DNA from: Nitrospinales bacterium
GTDB lineage: Bacteria; Nitrospinota; Nitrospinia; Nitrospinales; VA-1
Assembly: GCA_965223345.1 (NCBI GenBank)
Contig: CBDCWG010000007.1
Span: 128,001-192,000 of the forward strand
Reading direction: 5' to 3'
DNA: 64,000 bases
In this document: positions 20,510-31,759 of the stretch, in pieces
Numbering within the stretch: the first letter of the stretch is position 1
How the letters are laid out: each line of letters starts with the position of its first letter
Program-made: the position numbers and the translations under genes
Notes under the pieces: generated by a model
The model's database searches: none
What the model was told of the DNA's origin: nothing
Seen by the model: the letters and a program-made list of their open reading frames with translations, nothing else

Positions 20510-20594
20510 ACGGGGAAGCAGGCGGGCCTTCATTCCGTCTGCCCATCGCCCCACGGTCTCCTGTGTCACGACATTTTTTGAGCCCCGACTGCCC

Positions 20595-21020
20595 ATGATC
20601 TACATCACCCGGCGGCTGGACTTTTGCGCCAGTCACCGACTGTTCAATCCCGATTATTCCGATGAAAAGAACGCCGCGGTGTTCGGTTTGTGCAACAACC
20701 CGAACGGGCACGGGCACAATTACGTTCTGGAAGTGACTGTGCGCGGCGAAGTCGCGCCGGAGACCGGCATGGTGCTGGATCTGAAAGCGCTCAAGCAGAT
20801 CATCAACGAAGAGATCGTCGAAAAGGTGGATCACAAGAACCTCAATGTCGATGTGGATTTCATGCGCGGCATCATCCCCACGGCGGAGAACATCGCGATC
20901 AAATTCTGGGAAATTCTCGAACCGAAAATCAAGTATGGAGAGCTGCACGAGTTGAAACTGTACGAATCCGAGCGAAACTTCGTGGTCTACAGAGGAGCCG
21001 CCAGTGAAAGAACTGATTGA
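20595..21020 (+). CDS. queD: 6-carboxytetrahydropterin / 6-pyruvoyl-tetrahydropterin synthase
   Basis: [25 protein letters not shown]. Confidence 0.9.
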   Translation: MIYITRRLDFCASHRLFNPDYSDEKNAAVFGLCNNPNGHGHNYVLEVTVRGEVAPETGMVLDLKALKQIINEEIVEKVDHKNLNVDVDFMRGIIPTAENIAIKFWEILEPKIKYGELHELKLYESERNFVVYRGAASERTD

Positions 21021-21561
21021 ACAAATCCTGATGCAAATCGGAGAAGATCCCTCACGCGAAGGCCTGGTGAACACACCGGAGCGCGTTGAGAAGTCGCTCA
21101 AGTTTCTCACCAGCGGCTACTGGGTCAACATCGACGATCTGGTCAACGACGCACTGTATGCGGAAGACTACGATGAGATGGTGATCGTCAAGGACATCGA
21201 CCTGTTCAGCCTCTGCGAGCACCACATGCTGCCCTTCTTCGGCAAATGCCACGTGGCCTACCTGCCCAAAGGCAAGATCATCGGGCTCAGCAAGGTTCCC
21301 CGCATCGTCGATGCGTTCAGCCGCCGGCTTCAGGTGCAGGAACGGCTGACCACCCAGGTCGCCGAATGTCTGGACCGCATCCTCAACCCCAAAGGCGTGG
21401 GTGTGGTCATCGAGGCGCTGCATCTTTGCATGTCCATGCGCGGGGTGGAAAAGCAGAGTTCCTACACCACCACCAGCTCGATGCTGGGCTCCTTCAAATC
21501 GGACGCCCGCACCCGCGGCGAGTTCCTCGACCTCATTCAGCCGCAGGGAACCCGGCGCTGA
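21004..21561 (+). CDS. folE: GTP cyclohydrolase I
   Basis: [31 protein letters not shown] start. Confidence 0.96.
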   Translation: MKELIEQILMQIGEDPSREGLVNTPERVEKSLKFLTSGYWVNIDDLVNDALYAEDYDEMVIVKDIDLFSLCEHHMLPFFGKCHVAYLPKGKIIGLSKVPRIVDAFSRRLQVQERLTTQVAECLDRILNPKGVGVVIEALHLCMSMRGVEKQSSYTTTSSMLGSFKSDARTRGEFLDLIQPQGTRR

Positions 21562-21763
21562 CCCCTTGAGCCCGAACACCACAATTCCATTATTTTCAAT
21601 GCCTTACCTGGCTCTGCCGGTGAAAGCGGGCCGCGATTTTCGGCGGCAGCCTTTTCCGCTGCGACAGCGGATGCCCGCTCCCCGGCAAACCCTTGTGGGC
21701 ACGGATCTAACTTTTGCTTCCAGCCACCCGTCTGTATAATAGAACTGGAATGCACGAACCTTC

Positions 21764-22738
21764 ATGAAGGCCGACTTGGACACCATCAGCAAAGACATCA
21801 CCCTCGACAACCACCGCCTGATCCCCGAAATCTTCGGGGTGCACGATCTCAATCTCAAACTGATCGAAAAAAAATTCGACGTGCGCATCACGACGCGCGG
21901 CAACGAGATCAAGGTCCACGGCGCTTCGCACGCGGTGGCCGCGGTCGAACGGCTGCTGTTGCAGCTTGAAAAACTGTTCGCGGGAAAAAATCCGCCGCAG
22001 AACGGCGACATCAAGTTCGCGATCCGGCTGGTGGCGGAGGACCCCAAGGCCGACCTGGTGTCCATCTTCACCGAACGCGTCGCGGTTTCGCCGTCGCGCG
22101 GATTCGTCACGCCCAAAGGGGCGGCTCAGCGGGACCTGATCCAGTCCGCCAAAAAGCGCGACATCATCATCGCCATCGGTCCCGCCGGCACCGGGAAGAC
22201 CTACCTGACGGTCGCGCTCGCCGTGGAGGGGCTGCTCAAACGGAGATTCAAGAAGATCATGCTGGTGCGGCCGGCGGTGGAAGCGGGAGAAAAACTCGGT
22301 TTTCTGCCGGGCGACATCTCGGAAAAAATCCACCCGTATCTGCTGCCGCTCTACGATGCGCTGAACGACATGCTGGACGTCAACCAGGTGTGGCAGCTCA
22401 TTGAGGACAACGTCATCGAGATCGCGCCTCTCGCCTACATGCGCGGGCGCACGCTCAACGACGCGTTCATCATTCTGGACGAAGCGCAGAACTGCACGCG
22501 CGAGCAGATGAAAATGTTTCTCACGCGGCTGGGCTTCAACTCCAAGATGGTGGTCACCGGAGACATCACGCAGGTCGATCTGCCGCGCCATCAGGATTCG
22601 GGGCTGATCGAAGTGGAAAAGCTGCTGCGCGATGTCGAGGGAATCCGTTTCATCTATTTTTCCGAGAAGGATGTGGTGCGCCACGACCTGGTGAAAAAAA
22701 TCATCTCCGCTTATGAAAAAAACGGCAGCCAGCGCTGA
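21764..22738 (+). CDS. phoH: PhoH-like ATPase (YbeZ)
   Basis: GPAGTGKTYL, RPAVEAGEKLGFLPG, MRGRT, DEAQN; TATAAT at 21735-21740. Confidence 0.94.
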   Translation: MKADLDTISKDITLDNHRLIPEIFGVHDLNLKLIEKKFDVRITTRGNEIKVHGASHAVAAVERLLLQLEKLFAGKNPPQNGDIKFAIRLVAEDPKADLVSIFTERVAVSPSRGFVTPKGAAQRDLIQSAKKRDIIIAIGPAGTGKTYLTVALAVEGLLKRRFKKIMLVRPAVEAGEKLGFLPGDISEKIHPYLLPLYDALNDMLDVNQVWQLIEDNVIEIAPLAYMRGRTLNDAFIILDEAQNCTREQMKMFLTRLGFNSKMVVTGDITQVDLPRHQDSGLIEVEKLLRDVEGIRFIYFSEKDVVRHDLVKKIISAYEKNGSQR

Positions 22739-22818
22739 GCCCCTGAAACCCGCACACCCAAGCGGTTTGCCGTTCAACGCGCGTTTCACCCGCCGTTGAC
22801 ATCGCTCTCTTCCCGCAC

Positions 22819-23280
22819 ATGCAGATCCTGCTGACCGACGAACAGACACTACATCCGGTGGACGGTGAGTTGCTGACCGAACGCCTGCGGACCGTGCTCG
22901 ACGCTCTGCAAACCGGCGACAAGGAACTCAGCATTCTGCTCACCGACGATGCGGCGATCCGCAAACTCAACCGGCAATACCGCGACCGCGACGCGGCCAC
23001 CGACGTGCTCGCCTTTCCCCAGGAAGATGCGGACAATTTCAGTTCCCATTTGCTCGGGGACGTGGTAGTGTCTGTGGAAACAGCACAGCGGCAGGCGGCG
23101 GAACATCAACTGTCTTTGGAACAAGAGTTGATTCTGCTTTGCATCCACGGCCTGCTGCACCTTTTGGGTTTCGACCACGAGGTTTCGCCGGCGGAAGCGG
23201 AACGCATGCGGAAGCAAACCTGGGAGTTGTTCCAAATCATCTTTCCAGGCACCCAACCCTCCGAATCCTGCGATTACTGA
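22819..23280 (+). CDS. ybeY: rRNA maturation RNase
   Basis: LNRQYR..ATDVLAF, HGLLHLLGFDH. Confidence 0.94.
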   Translation: MQILLTDEQTLHPVDGELLTERLRTVLDALQTGDKELSILLTDDAAIRKLNRQYRDRDAATDVLAFPQEDADNFSSHLLGDVVVSVETAQRQAAEHQLSLEQELILLCIHGLLHLLGFDHEVSPAEAERMRKQTWELFQIIFPGTQPSESCDY

Positions 23281-23319
23281 TTTTCCCGGCTGGTTCACAA
23301 ACGGAGTGCGGCCTTCATC

Positions 23320-23808
23320 ATGGAACAGATCTGGGCTCCCTGGCGAATGGAATACATCAATGCGGAAAAATCCGGCGAATGCATCTTCTGCACCCTGCCC
23401 GGCTCCGGCGACGACAACAAGCATTTCATCCTGCACCGGGGGCCGCATTGCTTTGTCATCATGAACATCTTCCCCTACAACACCGGCCACCTCATGGTGT
23501 CGCCGAACCGCCACCTGGACTGCATCACCAAGCTCAACGACGACGAAACCGAGGAGCTCAACCGGCTCACCAAAAAATGCGTGGAGATCCTGAGAGCCGA
23601 TAAAAACCCGGAAGGCTTCAACATCGGCATCAATGTCGGCAAGGCGGGCGGCGCGGGGTTCGACGAGCACCTGCATGTCCACATCGTGCCGCGCTGGATC
23701 GGGGACACCAACTACATGCCGGTCCTCGCCGACACGAAAGTCCACCCCGAGCACCTGCGGGCCACCTACGAAAAACTGAAACCGCATTTTCAAAAAATCT
23801 CTCAATAG
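23320..23808 (+). CDS. HIT-family nucleotide hydrolase/phosphorylase
   Basis: WAPWRMEY, CIFC, HLHVHIVPRW. Confidence 0.92.
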   Translation: MEQIWAPWRMEYINAEKSGECIFCTLPGSGDDNKHFILHRGPHCFVIMNIFPYNTGHLMVSPNRHLDCITKLNDDETEELNRLTKKCVEILRADKNPEGFNIGINVGKAGGAGFDEHLHVHIVPRWIGDTNYMPVLADTKVHPEHLRATYEKLKPHFQKISQ

Positions 23809-23824
23809 CCAGGTCGATGACTCG

Positions 23825-26497
23825 ATGAAGTCCGGCACCGCATCCCGGAGCCATCCGGAAGAAGACACGCCCATGATGCAGCAGTTCCACCGCATCAAAC
23901 GGGAATGCTCCGACGCCATCCTGTTTTTCCGCATGGGGGATTTCTACGAGATGTTCCATGAGGACGCGAAGGAAGCCTCGCCCATCCTGGAAATCGCGCT
24001 GACTTCGCGCGGCAAGAACAAATCCCAGTCCATCCCCATGTGCGGGGTGCCGCACCATTCGGCGACCGCCTACATCTCCAAGCTGATCAAGGCCGGGAAG
24101 AAAGTCGCGATCTGCGAGCAGACGGAAGACCCCAAGCAGACCAAGGGGCTGGTGAAGCGGGAAATCGTCCGGGTGGTGACGCCGGGAACGGTGATCGACG
24201 ACGCGCTGCTCGATCCGAAGGAACACCATTTTCTCGTCTCGCTGTATTTCGGCAAGGACGGGCTGGGGCTGGCGGCGCTGGACGTCTCGACGGGGCTGTT
24301 CAAGGTCACCGAAATGCGCGGAGACGCCGCGGCCGCGCAGCTTGCGGACGAGCTGGAAAAGCTCGAACCGCGGGAGGTGCTGACTCCCGAGACGCTGCCC
24401 GGCGACGATTTCCTTCCCAAGCACTGGAACCACAACGGCGGACCGTACCGGCACACACTGGAAGACTGGAAGTTTTCGCACGGGGAGGCGCGCCGCAAAT
24501 TGCTGGAACATTTCAAAACCCATTCTCTGGAAGGCTTCGGCTGCGAATCGCTCGACTACGCGGTGTGCGCGGCGGGGGCGCTGATCCAGTATCTGGCGGA
24601 AACGCAGAAATCGACGCTCGAGCACATCCGTTCGATCACCTGCTTTCACATCCACGACCACATGCTGCTGGATCCCACCACCATCCAGAGTCTGGAGCTG
24701 GTGCGCTCCAGCGAGGGCAGCCGCAGGCATTCGCTGCTCGATCTATTGGACTGCTCGAAGACGCCGCTGGGCGCGCGCCGCATCAAGGAATGGATCCTCA
24801 AACCGCTGGTGAACGCGGCGGCCATCGAGGAACGGCTGGAGAAGGTGCAGGCGCTCAAGGAAAACGTGCTGCTGCGCGGCGACCTGCGCGACCTGCTGTC
24901 CCGCGTGCACGACCTGGAGCGGCTGACCGGACGCATCTCGCTGGCGGTTGGCAACGCGCGCGATCTGGTGGCGCTGAAAAATTCGCTCGAAACGTTCCCC
25001 AGGCTGCGGGCGCTGCTGGAAAACGCGGACGCAGACGCGCTCAAGCAGATCACCGAACACTGGGACGACCTCACCGATGTGTTCGATCTGATCGAAAACA
25101 ACATCAACGACGAGCCGCCGCTCAACCTCAAGGAGGGAAACATCCTGAAACCGGGCTGCGATGCGGAACTCGACCGGCTGCGCTCGATCCGCAAGGACGG
25201 CAAGCAATGGATCACGGCTCTGGAGACCAAGGAAAAGGAACGCACGGGAATCCCGGCGCTCAAGGTGGGCTACAACAAGATCTACGGCTACTACCTGGAG
25301 GTGACGAAGAAACACCAGGACAAGGTGCCCGCCGAGTACATCCGCAAGCAGTCGCTGGTGAACGCGGAGCGCTTCGTGTCGCCCGAGTTGAAGGAATACG
25401 AAAGCGAGATCACGCAGGCGGAGGAAAAAATGGCGGCGCTGGAGCTGCGCCTGTTTCAGGAAATCCGCACGCGCGTCGCCGATGAAGGCGCGCGCATCCA
25501 GCACATGGCGCGCATCGTCGGCGAGACCGACGCGGTGCTTGCGTTTGCGGAGACGGCGCACCGCAACAACTACTGCCGCCCCGCGATCGGCGAGGACACG
25601 GAACTCGTTCTGGAAAACGGCCGCCATCCGCAGGTGGAGCAGATGGTGCCCGCCGACCAGTTCATCGCCAACGACGCGCACCTGGACACGAAGGACCGGC
25701 AGATCCTGATCCTCACCGGCCCGAACATGGCGGGCAAATCGACCTATCTCCGGCAGGTGGCGCTCATCACCCTGATGGCGCAGATCGGCAGCTTCGTGCC
25801 GGCGGATTCGGCGCACATCGGCCTGGTGGACCGCATCTTCTCGCGCGTCGGCGCGCAGGATCACCTGCTCAAGGGCGAGTCCACGTTCATGGTCGAGATG
25901 AACGAGACCGCCAACATCCTGAACAACGCCACCTTGAGAAGCCTGATCATCCTGGATGAAATCGGCCGCGGCACCAGCACCTTCGACGGCATCAGTATCG
26001 CCTGGTCGATCGTGGAATACCTGCACCGGGAAAACCGCGCGCAGGGCGGCCCCAAGACGCTGTTCGCCACGCACTACCACGAACTGACCGAACTGGCGCT
26101 GGTGCTGGAGGGCGTGAGAAACGTGAACGTGCAGGTCAAGGAATGGAACGAGGAGATCATTTTTCTGCGCAAGATCGCTCCGGGCGGCGCGGACAAAAGC
26201 TACGGCATTCAGGTGGCGCGGCTGGCGGGTCTGCCGGACTGGGTGCTCAAGCGGGCGGTCGAGGTGCTGGACAATCTGGAAAAAAACGAATTCGACGCAG
26301 TGGGCCTGCCCAAAATCTCGCACACCGACACCCTCGCCGCAAAACCCGAGACGGGGCAATTGACCCTGTTCAGCCCGGAGATCCATCCGCTGGTCCACAA
26401 ATTCAAAAAAATCGACCCCGACGAACTCACTCCCCGGCAGGCGCTGGACTTGCTGTACGCGCTGAAAGAGCTGGAAAAAGAAAACCGCGCCCCGTGA
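23825..26497 (+). CDS. mutS: DNA mismatch repair protein MutS
   Basis: FRMGDFYEMF, TGPNMAGKST, DEIGRGTST, SYGIQVA, clamp-type motif QLTLF. Confidence 0.98.
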   Translation: MKSGTASRSHPEEDTPMMQQFHRIKRECSDAILFFRMGDFYEMFHEDAKEASPILEIALTSRGKNKSQSIPMCGVPHHSATAYISKLIKAGKKVAICEQTEDPKQTKGLVKREIVRVVTPGTVIDDALLDPKEHHFLVSLYFGKDGLGLAALDVSTGLFKVTEMRGDAAAAQLADELEKLEPREVLTPETLPGDDFLPKHWNHNGGPYRHTLEDWKFSHGEARRKLLEHFKTHSLEGFGCESLDYAVCAAGALIQYLAETQKSTLEHIRSITCFHIHDHMLLDPTTIQSLELVRSSEGSRRHSLLDLLDCSKTPLGARRIKEWILKPLVNAAAIEERLEKVQALKENVLLRGDLRDLLSRVHDLERLTGRISLAVGNARDLVALKNSLETFPRLRALLENADADALKQITEHWDDLTDVFDLIENNINDEPPLNLKEGNILKPGCDAELDRLRSIRKDGKQWITALETKEKERTGIPALKVGYNKIYGYYLEVTKKHQDKVPAEYIRKQSLVNAERFVSPELKEYESEITQAEEKMAALELRLFQEIRTRVADEGARIQHMARIVGETDAVLAFAETAHRNNYCRPAIGEDTELVLENGRHPQVEQMVPADQFIANDAHLDTKDRQILILTGPNMAGKSTYLRQVALITLMAQIGSFVPADSAHIGLVDRIFSRVGAQDHLLKGESTFMVEMNETANILNNATLRSLIILDEIGRGTSTFDGISIAWSIVEYLHRENRAQGGPKTLFATHYHELTELALVLEGVRNVNVQVKEWNEEIIFLRKIAPGGADKSYGIQVARLAGLPDWVLKRAVEVLDNLEKNEFDAVGLPKISHTDTLAAKPETGQLTLFSPEIHPLVHKFKKIDPDELTPRQALDLLYALKELEKENRAP

Positions 26498-26900
26498 TTC
26501 TGATTACCGATTCTTTCACTGTTAAAAAAGCGCCTCGAGTTTGGAATGGCGATATTTCGTTCGCCGCAGCGAATCTGTTTGCCTTAACTTTTTCAATCAC
26601 TTTTCATGCGGATCGTGAAGGTTTGCCGGCTTTTTCCCCAGTTTCGAACCGCTGCGCGCCACGGGAGCCGCAAGCCTAAGCCCCGTTTTTTAGAGGCTTT
26701 ACATCCTCCACGAAATAAGGTATCTTAAAGGCACCCGGAAAAAGGCTTTTCCGCCTCCCGGGGGTCGGCTCATTTTCAGTACGATGTTTGAATTTGTGTG
26801 GAGGAGGTTGAACACCACGTATACCGAATTTGAGTTGAGGGTCCAAATGGACTTTAGTATTGAATAGTTAGGTTTTCAACCTGTTTACCGGAGGAGCGGC

Positions 26901-27602
26901 TTGGACCTTTCGACTATTCGCAATCGTGACATTGCGCCATTCAAAATAAGCGGTTTTGCCGCTGTGCTTTTCTATTGGGTCGTGTGCACCACGCCCGCTT
27001 TTGCAGACGCCCCCGCCATGGTCAATCTGGGGGTGGACACGAAGGGCCGTTATGTGACGATGAGCGCCCGGCTGGTGGACGGATTCACCGGGAAAATCCT
27101 CGAAGCCATTGAAAGTGGGGTCCCCATGACCTTCACGTTTCAGATCGAGCTGAGGAAGCAGACGCCCCTGTGGGCCGACGAGCTGGTGCGGTCCAACACC
27201 ATCCACCACACGGTTCAGTACGATTCGCTGAAGAAAGCCTACCGGTTTTCAGAGGTCGGCAAGAATGTGAAGCGCAACATCATCACCCGCAAGAAAAGCC
27301 AGTACCGGCAGCTGATGACGACGTTGAAAAACATTCCCATCGCGCCGCTGTACCGGCTGGACCCCAACGAGGAGTATTATGTGCGGGTGAAAGCCGACCT
27401 GGAGATGGACCGGTTCTGGTTTCCCTTCAACTATTTATTTTTCTTTGTCCCCTTCAACGACTTTCAAACCCCGTGGACCGAAACGGCTTCCGTCACCGTG
27501 GTTTCGGATCCGGACGCTGCGGACGAGGCATTCAGCGAAAAATCCAGGGACGGCAAACCGTCCAAGGGGTTGAACCATGTCATCCGGTCTTTTAACAAAT
27601 AA
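26901..27602 (+). CDS. DUF4390-family exported protein
   Basis: Signal-like segment, AIESGVPMTFTFQIEL; typical position upstream of NtrY-like kinases; start uncertain. Confidence 0.75.
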   Translation: MDLSTIRNRDIAPFKISGFAAVLFYWVVCTTPAFADAPAMVNLGVDTKGRYVTMSARLVDGFTGKILEAIESGVPMTFTFQIELRKQTPLWADELVRSNTIHHTVQYDSLKKAYRFSEVGKNVKRNIITRKKSQYRQLMTTLKNIPIAPLYRLDPNEEYYVRVKADLEMDRFWFPFNYLFFFVPFNDFQTPWTETASVTVVSDPDAADEAFSEKSRDGKPSKGLNHVIRSFNK

Positions 27603-29889
27603 GCCTCCGTACTCGCCCCCTTCCGAAGAACTCATACGCAGGAAAAAAAAGCGAACACAGAAAACCATCGCCACGATCCTCATCTCGCTGGTGGGGCTCA
27701 CCTGGATCGAGAATCATTTTCTGCAACAGGGGACCAGCGCCCCGATCGCCAACAACATCGCCGTCTTGGCGTTGTTCAACATCATCCTCATCCTGCTGTT
27801 TCTGCTGATCGTTCTCATCGCCCGCAATCTGGTCCAGCTTTACAACGAACGTAAAAGCAAAATCATCGGCTCGAAGTTCCAGACCAAGCTGATCATCGCG
27901 TTTCTGATCCTCGCGCTGGTGCCCTCGATCCTGCTGTTCACCACGGCGAGCAAGCTGTTCACCTACAGCATCGGCAACTGGTTCAGCCTGCAGGTCGAAC
28001 AGACGCTGCAGCGCTCGATGGACGTGGCGCGCGATTATTATTCCTATCTGGAAAAGGGCGCGCTCTCCCGCGCCATCCGCATCGAGCGGTTCATCATCGA
28101 CAACGAACTGTTTTTGCAGAAAAACCGGGAAAAACTCCAGAAACTGGCCGAGGACAAGGTGAGCGAGTACGAACTGGGCGGGCTGGTGGTGTACGACAAC
28201 AAGAAAGAAGTGGTGGTCTCCGTCTACAACCCGCAGTTCATCAACCAGAGCAAGAACCTGAAATTCCAGGATCTGATCCAGAAAAGCGTCGGCGGCGAGC
28301 GGGTCTCCGAGATCCGCACGTCCAACCGCGAGATCTTCCTGGTGGTGGTGGAACCGCTTACCGAATCGCATAAAACCGACCTGTCCGTGTGGGGTTACAT
28401 TGTCACGCTGACGCACGTGCCGAAAAATTCGCTCGGCCGCATCGAGGCGATCCGCAGCACCTACGAGGATTACAAGCAGCAGAGCTTTCTCAAACTGCCG
28501 GTCAGCGCCAGCTACTACATCACCTTTCTGCTCATCACCCTGCTCATCCTGTTTTCGGCGATCTGGCTGGGGTTTTACATGGCGCGCGGCATCACCATCC
28601 CCATTCAGCAACTGGCGGAGGGGACGCGGCGGATCGCCGAGGGGGACCTGAATTTCAAGATCGGCGTGCGGGCGCGCGATGAGATCGGCATCCTGGTCAA
28701 TTCGTTCAACCAGATGACCGCGGAGCTCAACGAGAGCCGCCACAGCATCCAGCAGGCGCACGAAAACCTGAAAAACACCAACGTGGAGCTGGAACAGCGG
28801 CGCAAATACATCGAGACCATCCTGGAAAACATCGGCGCCGGCGTGGTGTCGGTGGACAAGCGCGGCCACATCACGACGTTCAACAAGGCCGCCGAGAAGA
28901 TCCTCGGGCTCAAGGCCGCCGATGTGTTCGGCGCCAGCTACCGCGACGCGTTCACCCCGTCGCTGCACCGGCCGATCCGCGACATGATCCGCAAGATGAA
29001 CGAAAAGGGCACCGGCGCGCTGGAGGAGCAGATCGAACTGCGGGTGGGGGAAACCCATCTCACGCTGCTCGCCAGCATTCAGGAGCTCAAGGACCAGAGC
29101 GGCAAATACCTGGGGCTGGTGATCGTGTTCGACGATCTGACGCAGATGATCAAGACCCAGAAAGTCGCCGCCTGGAAGGAAGTGGCGCAGGGGATCGCGC
29201 ACGAAATCAAAAATCCGCTCACGCCGATTCAGCTCAACACGCAGCGGCTGCGCAAGAAATTTTACGAGGACAAAAAGGATTTCGACCGGGTGTTCGAGGA
29301 GAGCATTTCCATCATTTCCCAGGAAGTGGAAGGCATGAAGGAGCTTCTGAACGAGTTTCTGCGGTTCTCGCGCATGCCGACGGCGAACCCGCGGCCCAGC
29401 TCGCTGCACAAGATCATCGACGACGTTTCGATCCTGTATTCCGACCGCGCCAAAAACGTCACGCTGAAAAAGGTCTTCGATCCCAACATCCACCTGATCG
29501 AAATCGACCCGGAGCAGTTTCGCCGCGTGTTCATCAACCTGTTCGAAAACGCCCTCGACGCGGTGGACGGAGATGGAAATATCCGGATCCAGACGCGTCT
29601 GAACCCGGTGGAGATGAAGGTGCGGATCGAATTTTCAGACAACGGAATCGGGATCGCCGCCGAGGACCGGAACAAGCTGTTTCGGCCCTATTTCACCACC
29701 AAGAAACGCGGCACCGGGCTGGGTCTGGCCATCGTGCACCGGATCATCGCCGACCACAACGGCACGATCCAGGTGCGGGAAAACAAGCCCAAGGGGACGC
29801 TTTTTCTCATCGACCTGCCCTATTCCCCCACCTCGATGCAATCGAACACCCTGGATACCGGAAAACTCTCGAAAATCTCTTCTTTCTGA
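27577..29889 (+). CDS. NtrY-like sensor histidine kinase (TM-HAMP-PAS-HisKA-HATPase)
   Basis: AWKEVAQGIAHEIKNPLTPIQL, NLFENA, DNGIG, GTGLGL. Confidence 0.92.
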   Translation: MSSGLLTNKPPYSPPSEELIRRKKKRTQKTIATILISLVGLTWIENHFLQQGTSAPIANNIAVLALFNIILILLFLLIVLIARNLVQLYNERKSKIIGSKFQTKLIIAFLILALVPSILLFTTASKLFTYSIGNWFSLQVEQTLQRSMDVARDYYSYLEKGALSRAIRIERFIIDNELFLQKNREKLQKLAEDKVSEYELGGLVVYDNKKEVVVSVYNPQFINQSKNLKFQDLIQKSVGGERVSEIRTSNREIFLVVVEPLTESHKTDLSVWGYIVTLTHVPKNSLGRIEAIRSTYEDYKQQSFLKLPVSASYYITFLLITLLILFSAIWLGFYMARGITIPIQQLAEGTRRIAEGDLNFKIGVRARDEIGILVNSFNQMTAELNESRHSIQQAHENLKNTNVELEQRRKYIETILENIGAGVVSVDKRGHITTFNKAAEKILGLKAADVFGASYRDAFTPSLHRPIRDMIRKMNEKGTGALEEQIELRVGETHLTLLASIQELKDQSGKYLGLVIVFDDLTQMIKTQKVAAWKEVAQGIAHEIKNPLTPIQLNTQRLRKKFYEDKKDFDRVFEESISIISQEVEGMKELLNEFLRFSRMPTANPRPSSLHKIIDDVSILYSDRAKNVTLKKVFDPNIHLIEIDPEQFRRVFINLFENALDAVDGDGNIRIQTRLNPVEMKVRIEFSDNGIGIAAEDRNKLFRPYFTTKKRGTGLGLAIVHRIIADHNGTIQVRENKPKGTLFLIDLPYSPTSMQSNTLDTGKLSKISSF

Positions 29890-30027
29890 CCGTACCCGCG
29901 GTCTTTGCTGCGGGGCCATTTTGGTTTAAAATAGAGACCGTTCCCAATCGGAAACCCCGATCGTGAAATCGCACCGCCCGCACTCCGGGGCGGTGGATTC
30001 GTTTTAACACTCAGCCACTGGACACCC

Positions 30028-30288
30028 ATGAACTCGCAGCCACCCCTGTCGATTCCCCTGGCTCCGGAACTTTACCAGCGTCTCAAGGCCCATTGCGGTG
30101 ACGATGCCGCGGCCATCCAGGCCTTTGTCGCCCAGGCGGTGGAAAACGAGCTTGCGCGGCGCGCTTCCGAAAAGGAAACAAACGCGACGCAGCCCGATTC
30201 GAAAGCGCAGGAAGCGGATCTCAAGGATTACCTCAACAAAGGCCAATCCGGCAGCCGTTCCTACGGCATCAAGGGACAGGGATGGTGA
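30028..30288 (+). CDS. Small hypothetical protein, possible ribbon-helix-helix
   Basis: LSIPLAPELYQRLKAH..IQAFVAQAVENEL strand-helix-helix pattern. Confidence 0.6.
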   Translation: MNSQPPLSIPLAPELYQRLKAHCGDDAAAIQAFVAQAVENELARRASEKETNATQPDSKAQEADLKDYLNKGQSGSRSYGIKGQGW

Positions 30289-30316
30289 GCGACAACTTCA
30301 ACCTCCGGGTCAAACC

Positions 30317-31744
30317 ATGACACGCATACACGATTTTCTCATCGGCAAGCAATGGCGCCGTAGTGTGGAAACGGCGCCGGTGATCAACCCCTACACGCAG
30401 GAAGCCTTTGCGAAGGTCTCGCTGGCGGACGCCGGCGAGATCGAGCAGGCGATCGGGCTCGCGGAACAGGCGTTCACCACCACCCGCGCCCTGCCCGCCT
30501 ACGTGCGCAGCCGCATCTGCGCCGGGATCGCCGAAGGCATCCGCAAGCGCTTCGACGAATTCGCCCGCACGCTGGCGATGGAGTCCGGCAAGCCTCTGGT
30601 GTTCGCCAAAGGGGAAATCAACCGTTCCATCTCGACGTTCACCATCGCATCGGAAGAAGCGCTGAGGCTCAACGGCGAGGCGCTGACGCTCGATATCACC
30701 GAAGCGGCGGCGGGAAAAACCGGCCTCACGCGCCGCTTTCCCATCGGCCCGGTGGCGGGCATCAGCCCGTTCAATTTCCCGCTCAATCTGGTGGCGCACA
30801 AGGTGGCGCCGGCTTTGGCCTGCGGCAACCCCATCGTGATCAAACCCTCGACGACGACGCCGCTGACGGCGCTGCTGCTGGGTGAGGTGGTGCTGGAAAC
30901 CGAAGCGCCGGAAGGCATGTTCAGCGTGCTGCCCTGCCGCGGCAAGCAGGCTTCGCCGCTGGTCGAGGACGACCGCTTCAAGATGATCACCTTCACGGGC
31001 AGCGTGGGCGTGGGCTGGGACATCAAACGGCGCGCGGGCAAAAAGAAAGTGGTGCTGGAGCTGGGCGGCAACGCCGGGGTCCTCATCGAGCCGGACGCGG
31101 ACCTGGATAAGGCGGCGCAGAAAGTGTGCTTCGGGGCGTTCGCCTTTTCCGGGCAGGTGTGCATCTCGGTGCAGCGCTGCTACGTGCACGAATCGGTTTT
31201 TTCCGATTTCAAGGACCGGCTGCTGAAGGAAGTGGCGTCGCTCAAATCGGGCGACCCGCTGGACGCTGCGGTGAACTTCGGGCCCATGATCGACCTGGAC
31301 AACGCCGAGCGCATCGAAGCCTGGACGCAGCAGGCGAAGGACGGGGGCGCGACGGTTCTTACCGGCGGCACGCGCGAGGGGACGTATTTCGCGCCGACGG
31401 TGCTCACCGGCGTGGACCGCAAGGCGGAGGTGTCCTGCAACGAGGCGTTCGGGCCGATCCTGGTGCTGGAGCCCTATTCCGATTTCGATGAGGCGGTGGA
31501 CTGGATCAACGATTCGGATTACGGCCTGCAGGCGGGGATCTTCACGAACCGGTTCGACAAATCCCAGCAGGCGTTCCACCGGCTGGACGTGGGCGGGGTG
31601 GTCGTGAACGACGTGCCCACGTTCCGCGTGGACAACATGCCCTACGGCGGCGTCAAGGATTCCGGTTTCGGCCGCGAGGGCCTGCGCTACAGCATGCAGG
31701 AGATGACGGAGATCAAACTGCTGGTGTACGATCAATACCTATAA
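30317..31744 (+). CDS. NAD(P)-dependent aldehyde dehydrogenase
   Basis: PFNFPLNL, FTGS, LELGGN, GQVC, EAFGP. Confidence 0.95.
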   Translation: MTRIHDFLIGKQWRRSVETAPVINPYTQEAFAKVSLADAGEIEQAIGLAEQAFTTTRALPAYVRSRICAGIAEGIRKRFDEFARTLAMESGKPLVFAKGEINRSISTFTIASEEALRLNGEALTLDITEAAAGKTGLTRRFPIGPVAGISPFNFPLNLVAHKVAPALACGNPIVIKPSTTTPLTALLLGEVVLETEAPEGMFSVLPCRGKQASPLVEDDRFKMITFTGSVGVGWDIKRRAGKKKVVLELGGNAGVLIEPDADLDKAAQKVCFGAFAFSGQVCISVQRCYVHESVFSDFKDRLLKEVASLKSGDPLDAAVNFGPMIDLDNAERIEAWTQQAKDGGATVLTGGTREGTYFAPTVLTGVDRKAEVSCNEAFGPILVLEPYSDFDEAVDWINDSDYGLQAGIFTNRFDKSQQAFHRLDVGGVVVNDVPTFRVDNMPYGGVKDSGFGREGLRYSMQEMTEIKLLVYDQYL

Positions 31745-31759
31745 ACGGAGTTTTGAGGA

